Part shown: positions 51,515-61,181 of the stretch, one piece after another
Layout of the letters: each line of letters opens with the position of its first letter
Position numbering within the stretch: position 1 is the first letter of the stretch
Source of the DNA: Nitrospirota bacterium
Lineage (GTDB): Bacteria; Nitrospirota; UBA9217
Direction of reading: 5' to 3'
Assembly: GCA_963840455.1 (NCBI GenBank)
Contig: CAWIYV010000010.1
Location: 472,348-536,347 of the forward strand
Length of the DNA stretch: 64,000 nt
Translations under genes and position numbers: made by a program
The notes under the pieces: model-generated
Databases searched by the model: none
Seen by the model: the letters and a program-made list of their open reading frames with translations, nothing else
What the model was told of the DNA's origin: nothing

Positions 51515-53218
51515 GTGAAGGAATCAAAGAACCTTCGTTACTATCTTGCAGGTTTCGTCGCCGTCGTTACCTGCGCGGTCTATCTCTCAGCTCTCCGTAA
51601 CGATTTTGCTGGTTGGTGGGATGATAGCGAATATGTTTACGAGAATCCTTATATTCGTTCATTCAACCTGGTTTTTTTAAAGTGGGCATTTCTTAATTTC
51701 TATGCTTCAAATTGGCATCCGCTGACATGGATATCCCACGCATTGGATTATGCTATTTGGGGACTGAATCCCGTGGGACATCATCTTACCAACCTCATTA
51801 TCCATGCTATCAACACCTTCCTCGTGGTTGTCCTAATAATAAAACTGTTAGAGATTTATCAGGAAAGGGAAATCAGAAGAGGTTCAGCCACATTCATGGA
51901 CCGTTCAGGGTTTTTGATGGTGGGTGTGGTTACGGGGCTGCTTTTTGGACTTCATCCTGTTCATGTGGAATCTGTGGTATGGGTTTCGGAAAGGAAAGAT
52001 CTTCTCTGTGCCCTGTTCTTCCTGCTCAGCAGCATGACATATGCGGGATACGTGACTACTGGATCAGCCCATCAAAAAAGGGCGTCACGTTTTTTCAATA
52101 AGCGGTATCTCCTCTCCCTGGGCTTTTTTGCCCTTGCCCTTTTAAGCAAGCCTATGGCGGTTTCCCTGCCGTTGGTCTTCCTGATATGGGACTGGTATCC
52201 CTTCAAAAGAATTCAGTCGTTAAAATCATTTGTGTCCGCATTCGGGGAAAAATTGCCGTTTTTTGCATTAAGCTTTATTTCATCAATACTGACTATCCTC
52301 GCACAGAGAGCTGGCGGTTCAATGGGAATGATGGTCTTTGTGCCTTTATCAGTCCGCCTTCTTGTGGCTGCCAAAACCCTTTTGGCTTATATTTGGAAAA
52401 TGATACTACCTAGGGATTTAATCCCCTATTACGCATATCCAAAGGGGGTAACGGTTTTTTCGCTAGAGTATTTTTCAGCAGCCATCCTTATAACAGTGAT
52501 TACGGTAATGTGCATACTGTACGCAAAAAGGCAAAAGGTCTTATTGACAGCCTGGGGTTATTATGTTTTGACCTTGATTCCCGTAATTGGGATAGTCCAA
52601 GTGGGGGAGCAGGCGATGGCGGACAGATATACCTATTTGCCCAGTCTGGGTCCATTTATTATCGCAGGGCTGTTGGGTGCATGGATTTATGGAAGGGTTC
52701 ATGCCTTACAAAGATGGTCTTTTGCCATAAAGGTCTCTGCGCTTGCTATAACCTTCTTCCTGTTCTCTGTTCTCGCATTTTTAACGTCGAAGCAGATAGC
52801 CATCTGGAAGAATCCTGTCACACTATGGACGTATGTTATTGAGAGAGAACCGGTACGCGTCCCTGGCGCCTATGTTAATCGAGGCGTGGCTTTCCACAAA
52901 GAGGGTCGGCTGAATAAAGCGATTGCGGACTTTAATATGGCACTTTTCTTAGATGCATTCAGTGTTGATGCCTATTATGAGCGCGGTACGATTTTTTTTG
53001 AAATGGGTCAATTTGACAAGGCAGTCGCAGATTTAGATAGAGCAATTAGTTTAATTAGATATGGGTCTAAGAGCTTTGTCGGCATTGAACTGTTCTTTCT
53101 TAATCGTGGTTTCGCTTACTCTAGACTGAATCAAGATGCGTTAGCTGCCTCAGACTTCAGAAAAGCTTGTGAATTGGGAAGTCCAGCAGGTTGTACTATG
53201 ATAAAAACCTCGGAATGA
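51515..53218 (+). CDS. TMTC-like GT-C glycosyltransferase with TPRs
   Basis: GGAGG plus GTG start; WWDDSEY, NWHPLTW, ADRYTYLP, ACELGSPAGC cap. Confidence 0.88.
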   Translation: MKESKNLRYYLAGFVAVVTCAVYLSALRNDFAGWWDDSEYVYENPYIRSFNLVFLKWAFLNFYASNWHPLTWISHALDYAIWGLNPVGHHLTNLIIHAINTFLVVVLIIKLLEIYQEREIRRGSATFMDRSGFLMVGVVTGLLFGLHPVHVESVVWVSERKDLLCALFFLLSSMTYAGYVTTGSAHQKRASRFFNKRYLLSLGFFALALLSKPMAVSLPLVFLIWDWYPFKRIQSLKSFVSAFGEKLPFFALSFISSILTILAQRAGGSMGMMVFVPLSVRLLVAAKTLLAYIWKMILPRDLIPYYAYPKGVTVFSLEYFSAAILITVITVMCILYAKRQKVLLTAWGYYVLTLIPVIGIVQVGEQAMADRYTYLPSLGPFIIAGLLGAWIYGRVHALQRWSFAIKVSALAITFFLFSVLAFLTSKQIAIWKNPVTLWTYVIEREPVRVPGAYVNRGVAFHKEGRLNKAIADFNMALFLDAFSVDAYYERGTIFFEMGQFDKAVADLDRAISLIRYGSKSFVGIELFFLNRGFAYSRLNQDALAASDFRKACELGSPAGCTMIKTSE

Positions 53219-53544
53219 ACCTATAAGGCAGGCGTTCTACCAGCCCTTTGACGGCTAGTGTGTTGAAGCATCGGGCTACAGATAGCGATCATCTTATTGT
53301 GTATATTCTTCTTTAAATTACACTATACCCGGAAAAACATTCTTCCTGACTCTATACTTCTTCTTCAATTTATGCTATTAATAAAACAAGAGCAATTTTA
53401 TATGCCCGCATTCATGTACCCGTGTAACTGACAGATATTAGTATTTATTAATTCTATACTTTTAAAGTATTATTTTTTGCACTATGAGGTTATAGGCAAA
53501 ATTTACACATAATTTGCATTTATTTTCTTTTAACAGTAAGAGCG

Positions 53545-53652
53545 CCCGATAAAGCCAAACCCTTCGTGAGAGGGGGGCGGAAAGCGGCGGGTCTTGAAGT
53601 GAAGATGGCCGAGCTGCCGAAGGTTGAGCCTTTGGTATGCTCGGCTTTTTTA
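53545..53652 (+). ncRNA. GEMM-I riboswitch (G20) with overlapping terminator
   Basis: AAAGCCAAACCCTTC-GTGA-GAGGGGGGCGGAAAGC...GCCGAGCTGCCG, then TGGTATGCTCGGCTTTTTT. Confidence 0.87.
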
Positions 53653-53707
53653 TTCTTCAAGTCTAGGGAATTCGGCTGTAAACATCGAGGTTTACAGGAG
53701 AGTACAT

Positions 53708-54670
53708 ATGCGAGCGCGATTCCATATATATTTTCTTTTGCTTCTCATAACGATTTTCACCTTCACGACGACCTTTGCATTGCCCGCATTGGCAGGGGCC
53801 ATCGAGGCAAACTTCCTGTATACGCTGTCCGATTTCACCGGCCCCTTTTTGATCCATGGGGGGAGGATGTTCGTTGACAAGGACCGGAACGAGACCTACG
53901 TCGTGTATCAGAATGTCGTCAGAGTGTTCAATGAAAACGGGCTGGAGATCTATCGGTTCAATGAAGAAAACAACCTCGGCAGGATCACCGCCTTAGCAGT
54001 GGACCGGGACGGCGCCATCTTCTTCCTTTCCTATGATGATAGAGGAGTGTATGGAATCATCCGCTGCAATTACCGGGGAACGCCGACGGGGAGGATCGAG
54101 ATCACCGGCCTCCTGTCCGATTTTTCCAACGCTGAGAAGTTTTCGCCAACCCAGATGGTATACCAGGGAGGACAGTTCTATCTTGCGGACACAAGCAGCC
54201 TGAGGATCGCGGTCGCCGGTATGACCGGCCAGGTGAAGAAGACCTATGACATTATCCCTCTCCTTGAGCTCAAGGAAAAGGGCCGGGCCGATCTCGAGAT
54301 GGGCGGCTTCAGCGTGGACAAAGAGGGCAATATGCTGTTCACCATACCGGTCCTGTTCAGTGCTACCGTGCTCTCTCCGGAGGGGAAGGTAGCGAACTTC
54401 GGCGAGCCGGGGAGCGTCCCGGGGAAATTTGGGGTTGTGTCGGACATCATAATGGATAATGAGGGGAACTATCTGGTGTCGGACAAGTTGAAATGCGTCG
54501 TCAGCGTGTATGACAAGGGCTTTCGGTTTCTCAAGGAATTCGGCGGCCGCGGGAACGAGCCGAGCAATTTGACCATGCCCCAGAAGCTGGCCGTGGACGG
54601 CAGCAACAAGCTGTATGTCACCCAGGGCGGGAACCGGGGGATCAGCGTTTTCAGGTTGATTTACAACTGA
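53708..54670 (+). CDS. NHL-repeat protein, near-identical duplicate of 9383-10345
   Basis: Mature region almost identical; different signal peptide; AGGAG RBS. Confidence 0.88.
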   Translation: MRARFHIYFLLLLITIFTFTTTFALPALAGAIEANFLYTLSDFTGPFLIHGGRMFVDKDRNETYVVYQNVVRVFNENGLEIYRFNEENNLGRITALAVDRDGAIFFLSYDDRGVYGIIRCNYRGTPTGRIEITGLLSDFSNAEKFSPTQMVYQGGQFYLADTSSLRIAVAGMTGQVKKTYDIIPLLELKEKGRADLEMGGFSVDKEGNMLFTIPVLFSATVLSPEGKVANFGEPGSVPGKFGVVSDIIMDNEGNYLVSDKLKCVVSVYDKGFRFLKEFGGRGNEPSNLTMPQKLAVDGSNKLYVTQGGNRGISVFRLIYN

Positions 54671-54787
54671 AGACAGCAGTCCACATAAAAGGAGGTGAAT
54701 GCCGTCAGAGAATAAAAAAAGGGGGACGGCAACAAGCAGTGAGCAGGGGCATTCCGACCATGCATGTCGGATTAACCAACATTGATC

Positions 54788-54866
54788 CTCCGAAAGAGTA
54801 AACTCATCGCAAGGTGGGGACACAAAGCCAGCGGGTCCCGGAAGCGGGACGGCCAGGCTGCCGGAG
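54788..54866 (+). ncRNA. GEMM-I riboswitch, A20 variant (predicted cGAMP)
   Basis: CTCCGAAAGAGTAAACTCATC-GCAA-GGTGGGGACACAAAGCC...GGCTGCCGGAG; A at 54797. Confidence 0.85.
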
Positions 54867-54887
54867 AATATGAAGGAGGGGGGTTAT

Positions 54888-56144
54888 ATGAAGCTCGCTA
54901 AATTAAGCCTTATCCTTGTCGCTGCAGCCGCGGTAGTGTTCGGGCTGAGCGGGACCGGTTTCTCCTTCCATGACGGCGGCGTCGCTGATTGTGTGGGCTG
55001 CCACCAAATGCACAACGCACCAGGCGCCAACCTTCTTATCGCCGCTGACCAGAGCTCGGTCTGTCTGAGCTGCCATGGCACATCAGGCCAGTCCAGCTAC
55101 CATGTTCTTACCCCCGATACAGACATGCCCGCGGGTACGCCGCCAGTCAATGAAGGCCCCGGCGGTGACTTCGGCTGGCTGCACAAGACCTATATTTTCA
55201 CGATTGCAGGATCGCTAGTCTCCACCGATAACGGCCAGACCCATGGCCATAACATCATTGCTGCAGGTTACACCGGCGGCGTTTACACTGTTGATCCCGA
55301 CAACCCAACGGCCCCGGGCGGCACGTTCTCGTCAGCGCTGCTTGCCTGCACCAGCTGCCATGACCAACATGGTAAAGGCCGTTGGACGACAGCAGGCACC
55401 TATAGCAAGACCTCCGGCGCTATCTATACCTCCGGTTCGTATGGTTCCATACCGACAGTTTTCTCCGCCACTGGCGAAAACTTGTCGACGGGCGTATACC
55501 GTCTGCTCCGTGCTGCCGACAGTGTTGGCGGCGTGACCTTCCCCGCCCTCCCGCCGGTTGCGGTAGCTCCGAGCACCTACAACAGGTCAGAGTTCTTCTT
55601 CCAGACCCGCACTGCCTACGGCTCCGGCATGTCCGACTTCTGCGGCACCTGTCATCCTGACATGCACACCACGGCAGGCATCAACCGTCACCCGACGAAC
55701 CAGGTCATGAGCGGCACGGTCCAGGGCATCTACAACAGCTATGTGAAAACAGGTGCTATGACCGGCAGCCCGACCACCTCGTACCTGTCGCTCGTTCCGT
55801 TCGAAGAAGGCCAGACCTACAGCGCGGCCGCCATCAACACCCTGAAGAGCCATGCCCAGATCGACGATTCCAATCTAAACGGCCCGGGCTCTGGTACCGT
55901 GCCTGCAACGGCGACCATAATGTGCCTCTCCTGCCACCGGGCTCATGCATCTGGCTGGGCTACCATGTTTAGATGGAACAAGGATGTTACGACCATCACC
56001 GTCGCTGGCGCCTATCCTACTGGTAATGACGCGGGCTGGGGTCGATCCTTAGCGGAGGTATCAAAAGCCTACTATGACAAGAACGTAACGAAGTTCGCCG
56101 CTTTCCAGCGCACGCTCTGCAACAAGTGTCATGGTCTAGACTAA
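54888..56144 (+). CDS. omcS: OmcS-like hexaheme cytochrome, copy 3
   Basis: FHDGGVADCVGCHQMH, 6 CxxCH, LCNKCHGLD. Confidence 0.92.
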   Translation: MKLAKLSLILVAAAAVVFGLSGTGFSFHDGGVADCVGCHQMHNAPGANLLIAADQSSVCLSCHGTSGQSSYHVLTPDTDMPAGTPPVNEGPGGDFGWLHKTYIFTIAGSLVSTDNGQTHGHNIIAAGYTGGVYTVDPDNPTAPGGTFSSALLACTSCHDQHGKGRWTTAGTYSKTSGAIYTSGSYGSIPTVFSATGENLSTGVYRLLRAADSVGGVTFPALPPVAVAPSTYNRSEFFFQTRTAYGSGMSDFCGTCHPDMHTTAGINRHPTNQVMSGTVQGIYNSYVKTGAMTGSPTTSYLSLVPFEEGQTYSAAAINTLKSHAQIDDSNLNGPGSGTVPATATIMCLSCHRAHASGWATMFRWNKDVTTITVAGAYPTGNDAGWGRSLAEVSKAYYDKNVTKFAAFQRTLCNKCHGLD

Positions 56145-56165
56145 TGCATGCAGAGGAAGGAGAGC

Positions 56166-56200
56166 AAAAAAGAGGACCGGCATTTGCGGTCCTTTTTTTT
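56166..56200 (+). terminator. Intrinsic terminator
   Basis: AAAAAAGAGGACCG...CGGTCCTTTTTTTT. Confidence 0.8.
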
Positions 56201-57088
56201 GTTATCTCTCCAATGAGAGCGGGATATGATGCCAAGGTACGAATTGTTTGAATGTAAATCAAAAACCGTGTACAATCACACAAAGCGCCTCCTGGGTTTA
56301 AGATTGGCGTTTTTGCCCAAGAGCATATCAGAGTCTAGCCGCTCTGGTATGCTTGGGAAGTGCCCTTTATATGATTATCAAGTCAGGTAAGCCGAAAGAC
56401 GAACTGAAGCAGTTGACGTTGTTCTGAAAGATACCCTGCAGCAAAATGCGGGGAGCTTCATTGCAGACACTTTTCTTAGCCTTTCCAAAAAAAACCTATT
56501 GTCCTAATATCAGGGTGTAACTCCTCGGATACAAAAGGAGGCAAAAGGCCATCCGTATCAGTATACGTGCGTTGAAACTGCGAAGGATCGCGGCATAATC
56601 GGAACCATGCAAACCATTGGGTATAAAACCCCGGCGGTGTTTCTTTACGGAAAAGGCTTGACAATGCTAGATGCAACCTGATAAGTATACGCAACAATAG
56701 GTTCCCGAAACCTCCTGCGTGTGCAGCTCATGTTTTACGATTTACAGCGGTCCTAATGATTTTATCGCTTGCCGTGTGAGTTGATGATTCTCTTAATATA
56801 AACTATCGCCGAGCAAGTCATGTCCAAGTTGCAGGAACGTCTCAGCCTGACAGGAGAGCAATGTCAGCGATCCTCGAATAAAGCTTCCAGAAAGACCCCG
56901 GATTTTCTAAACGCTGATCAGGTCTTGATGGGTCTCCACTTGCGGGAACCCCAGTTATCACCGATATTCATCCTCGCAAGATTCATACTGAGGAACGGAT
57001 GAGGGGGAATGAGAAGCCCGGGAAAGGACAGGGTGTGAAGATGGAGCGCGATGAGAGGCAATGCTGCAAGGACCCCCTACCACATAAA

Positions 57089-58585
57089 ATGAACATTACA
57101 TCACGCTATATTTACGTTCTCGCCTTTTTTTCCGGCATGTGCATCATGGCCGTTGAACTTTGCGCATCTCGTCTCATGGCTCCGTTTTTCGGGACCTCCA
57201 CCTTTGTCTGGACAAACATCATCGGCATTATTATGATTGCACTGTCGGCCGGTTACATTGCTGGGGGGAAGCTCGCCGACCGGAAGCCGCGGCTCGACAT
57301 CCTCCTGAAGCTCCTCCTGGCCGCCTGCGCCTTCCTTCTCGTGCTTCCTTTTGTGGCGTCACCCATTGCCAGGTGGCTCGCGTCGCTCATGGCGAACTTC
57401 AATTCGTCCTTTTCGTTCATATTTTTCGGATCGCTCTCTGCCATAACACTTCTGTTCTCCCCGCCTATCGTTATCATGGGCATGACGAGTCCGTTCCTCA
57501 TACGGATCATTGCTCAGAGTGGCCACGAGGGTGACGCTGCCGGGCGCATTTTCGGGATCTCCACCATCGGAAGCGTCGTAGGCACCTTTCTGCCTATCCT
57601 GGTCTTCATCCCGACGTGGGGCACGGGCAAGACAATAATGTTTTTTGCGGCAGTGCTATTCGTCGTCACCGCATTGGGCTTTGCCAGCAAGAGAAACGCG
57701 CTTCTTTCAGTCGCCGCGGCCGTGCCGTTCCTCTTCCCAATACCGTCCGTGCGGGAGACCACCGGAAAGATATACTCGACAGAGTCGGCGTATCAGTATA
57801 TCGAGGTCTTTGACAGAGGATCTTTCCGCTACCTTGTGTACAATGATGCGGCAGGTTTCCAAACGGTTGCCAATAAGAAGAGCGTCCTTACGGGACTTAA
57901 CTACTACTACGACTTTTATTCGCTTCTTCCGTTCCTCTTTCGAGATGCCCCCAAAAGCGCACTTATTATCGGCCTCGGCGGGGGGATCATAGCGAACCAG
58001 CTCCACTACTTTCACCCGAAAATCGATATTGACGGCGTGGAAATAGACCCAAAGGTGATACAGATTGCGCGGAACTACTTCGCACTAAGCGACGCTGTGA
58101 AGACATACAATCAGGACGGGCGCATCTTCGTCAGCCTGGGAGAAAGGAAGCATGACATCGTTATCATCGACGCCTACACACAACAGGTCTATATCCCTTT
58201 TCACCTTACGACGATGGAGTTCTTCAGCCAGGTGAAGAAGGGACTTTCAGACAATGGAATTGTCGCCATGAACGTTTCCTCGGCACGAGAGGACTCACCG
58301 CTCATTCAGAGCATCAGCAACACGCTCCGACTCGTGTTCGGTCACGTATACCGGCTTAGAATCCCCGGTTCTGTTGATAACGTCGTCCTCGCCTCTGACA
58401 GGAGCGTAGACTTAGCGTTGTTCACAGCGGCGGGCGGAACAGAACTTCAGGGTATTGCTCAGTACAGCCAGGTGAACTTCAGGGAGAGTATATACGACAA
58501 CAGGTACAAGCCCCTCACTGACGACCTGGCTCCCATAGAGCACATGGTGGATTGGGAGATACTCAAACGGGGAATCACGAGATGA
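57089..58585 (+). CDS. Fused membrane domain / spermidine synthase-like SAM-dependent transferase
   Basis: SGMCIMAVELCASRLMAPFFG, ESAYQYI, LIIGLGGG, VEIDP, DGR, IIDAY, LTDDLAPIE. Confidence 0.85.
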   Translation: MNITSRYIYVLAFFSGMCIMAVELCASRLMAPFFGTSTFVWTNIIGIIMIALSAGYIAGGKLADRKPRLDILLKLLLAACAFLLVLPFVASPIARWLASLMANFNSSFSFIFFGSLSAITLLFSPPIVIMGMTSPFLIRIIAQSGHEGDAAGRIFGISTIGSVVGTFLPILVFIPTWGTGKTIMFFAAVLFVVTALGFASKRNALLSVAAAVPFLFPIPSVRETTGKIYSTESAYQYIEVFDRGSFRYLVYNDAAGFQTVANKKSVLTGLNYYYDFYSLLPFLFRDAPKSALIIGLGGGIIANQLHYFHPKIDIDGVEIDPKVIQIARNYFALSDAVKTYNQDGRIFVSLGERKHDIVIIDAYTQQVYIPFHLTTMEFFSQVKKGLSDNGIVAMNVSSAREDSPLIQSISNTLRLVFGHVYRLRIPGSVDNVVLASDRSVDLALFTAAGGTELQGIAQYSQVNFRESIYDNRYKPLTDDLAPIEHMVDWEILKRGITR

Positions 58586-58982
58586 GGCTATTGCGAGACG
58601 GAACACTGGCCCATTGCCACTTGCGTCAATGCTCCCACCGCTATTTTCTTATAATAATATTCTTTCTGCTTGCCCAGGCTCAGATCGTGTCTGCCGGTGT
58701 ATGATTATTATTATGGGTAAAGTGACAGTTTAGCCACTGACTTTTTAACGCATTCTGACATTTTAGTTAAGAAAGGATTCGCGAGTTCAATCTCGATGTA
58801 CAATGCTTAAAACAGCGAGCTTCAACGGTGTTGTCTGGCCGAGGCACTTTCTTGGGCGGCTATCAAGGGTACATTCTATCTAATCTGTCGTTAGATTGCA
58901 GCAATCTGCGAAGGTATTATCCATTGAAAGATGCATAAAGATTTCAGCCTCACTACTTATAGTATCCCAAAATTAGGTGAAA

Positions 58983-60647
58983 TTACGGAAGAATATTGCG
59001 TTGAATTTCCTTGCCCATGGCACGAGAACGCGCTTCTGCTCTCTTCTTGAACGACTGCTCTCGCAACAGGTCCTGTACCTTCTTGTCGTCAGGCTCGACC
59101 TGAAGAACCTTCTGATACTCCGCCATCGCCTCCTCGTGCCTGCCCATCTCATCCAGTACTTTGGCGAAGACCAAGCGACGGGAAGTATTGCCAGGCTCGA
59201 TGCGGAGAGATTCACGGTAATAGCGGACGGCCTCCTGCCGGTCCCCCTTCCGGTAATATGCGACGCCGAGATTGAAATAGGGGTCAGCATATGCAGGATT
59301 CCGGCGGATGGACTGCATCAGATGAGGGATCGCCTCGTCGAACCTTCCCTTCGTACCGAGCAGGGCCCCGAGTGTGTTCTGGGCGATCCAGTTGTCCTCA
59401 TCGACATCCACTGCATGACGATAAAGGGTCAAGTCATTCTTCCAGTATCCCAGCTGTATCCAGGTTAACGATGCAAGCAGCAGGAGAATCGTCGTTGAAC
59501 AAATGGGCAGTACCCACTTCGGGAGGGCCAATCTCCGGACCAGATCGCCTATTCCCCAGGAAACCGCGATGAAAATCCCGATAAGGGGCACGTAGGTATA
59601 TCGGTCGGCCATGGCCTGCGCCCCGACTTGCACGAGCCCGATCACCGGTACCAGGGTTCCGAGATACCAGAACCATCCAAAGGCCAAGTACGGGAACCTT
59701 CTCGCGAAATAGGTGACCAGAATCGTCAAGCAAGCCAGCAGTGCGATTACGAGGGTGATCTCCCAGAAGGGAATGAGATAGCCGCGATGGGGGTAGTAGA
59801 CGGACAGTCCCGACGGCCAGAACGTCTTGCCCAGATAGGCCACATAGCTGCTGAGGGCGTTCGTCAGGCGAGCCTGGAAGGTGATCGGCTGGATAAACGC
59901 TTTCTGGGCGATAACGGTGATCACGGAAGAACCTGCTGTCAAGACCAGGAAAGGGATTTTCTCCAGCAGCAGACGAGGAAGCCTCGCCGCGGTTAATCTC
60001 AACGGAGAGGACTGCTCCCATTCGTCAACACGGAGACGCCCGAGGGGCCACCAATCGATGAGAAGGAGGACAAAAGGCAGGGTCACCGCCATTGGTTTTG
60101 CCATCAGTGCACAGGCAAAGAACATCAGCGCCATGGCGTACCACCGGGCGGTAGAACGCTCCGCGAATCTGACATACGCCCAGAGCGTCAAGAGCGAGAA
60201 GAAGGTGCAGAGCACATCCTTTCGTTCAGAAGCCCAGGCGACCGACTCGACGTGAAGGGGATGGACGAGGAATAGCGCCGCCACAAACGCACTTCGCAGT
60301 GACTTACCCGTCATGATCCAGAGCAAGAAGAACAGGATCACGCTGTTTAGGGTGTGGAAAAGGGCACTCACGATGTGATGCCCCCCGGGCGAGAGGCCGA
60401 AGATCTGGATGTCCAGCATGTGCGACAGCCACGTTATCGGATGCCAGTTCTGCTCGTAGGTGGATGTGAATGCCCAGACGATCCCCTGCGTCATAAGGCC
60501 TTCCCGGATAAAGGAGTTCTCGGTGATGTACGCAGGATCGTCAAGGCTGATGAAGGAATTGGTCGAGGTTTGCGAGAAGAGAATGAGGCCCGCGACGGCT
60601 AGCGCCACAACGATCATATAATTATTGATGAGAAATTCTTTTTTCAT
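58983..60647 (-). CDS. TMTC-like GT-C glycosyltransferase with TPRs
   Basis: ISLDDPAY, NWHPITW, HPLHVESVAWASERKD, AKPMAV, ADRYTYVP, TPRs. Confidence 0.88.
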   Translation of the reverse strand: MKKEFLINNYMIVVALAVAGLILFSQTSTNSFISLDDPAYITENSFIREGLMTQGIVWAFTSTYEQNWHPITWLSHMLDIQIFGLSPGGHHIVSALFHTLNSVILFFLLWIMTGKSLRSAFVAALFLVHPLHVESVAWASERKDVLCTFFSLLTLWAYVRFAERSTARWYAMALMFFACALMAKPMAVTLPFVLLLIDWWPLGRLRVDEWEQSSPLRLTAARLPRLLLEKIPFLVLTAGSSVITVIAQKAFIQPITFQARLTNALSSYVAYLGKTFWPSGLSVYYPHRGYLIPFWEITLVIALLACLTILVTYFARRFPYLAFGWFWYLGTLVPVIGLVQVGAQAMADRYTYVPLIGIFIAVSWGIGDLVRRLALPKWVLPICSTTILLLLASLTWIQLGYWKNDLTLYRHAVDVDEDNWIAQNTLGALLGTKGRFDEAIPHLMQSIRRNPAYADPYFNLGVAYYRKGDRQEAVRYYRESLRIEPGNTSRRLVFAKVLDEMGRHEEAMAEYQKVLQVEPDDKKVQDLLREQSFKKRAEARSRAMGKEIQRNILP

Positions 60648-61181
60648 AGGAGGCAATACAACATATAATCCTGCCGCAACGCCATTGAGCAACGAACAGA
60701 GACCCTATCGCCATGGCAAATGAAATCATTCTTCAAACAGATATAATTCAGGACCGTTACGGTCGAAATTGATGCTGAAAGATAGCAACTAAAGCCCTTT
60801 GTTCTTTTCATCCTGAACCAACACCTGTTATGCTGCAATCTAAGGTAAAATAGTCTTTGGACCCGTGAAACCGAGCAAGGACGATTCAAGTTATTCTGTC
60901 ACCAAGCAAAATCCCCTTTTACCGTCAGCCAATAGTCATGTAATGTGTTTTGTGAAAAACATCTATAGCATGTTCTGATTACCATAATAATAGTAAAAAA
61001 GCAATGTTAGAATACTTTTGCTCTCTACAAGGATTCGTTACACAAAGAGATCATACGTTGTGGATGGCCTGTGGTCTTTTCTTGTTAAAAAAATAGGAGC
61101 GAACGATACTGTGATGCTTCAGTTGCATATGCAGTGACCAGCTTTTCGTGTTGTAAAAGGGAGTGTATTGCACTACTATAC

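Noticed and set aside
53495-53520. Sigma54 promoter for the second NHL-omcS module
   Set aside because: TTGCA is present, but there is no GG at the required 12-nt offset.
10594-56144. Diversity-generating retroelement acting on omcS copies
   Set aside because: No reverse transcriptase in the window, and the differences are segmental rather than adenine-specific.
56476-56697. Short - strand ORF (and 34539-34742)
   Set aside because: No recognisable motif; both abut palindromic elements and may be gene debris, but cannot be assigned.
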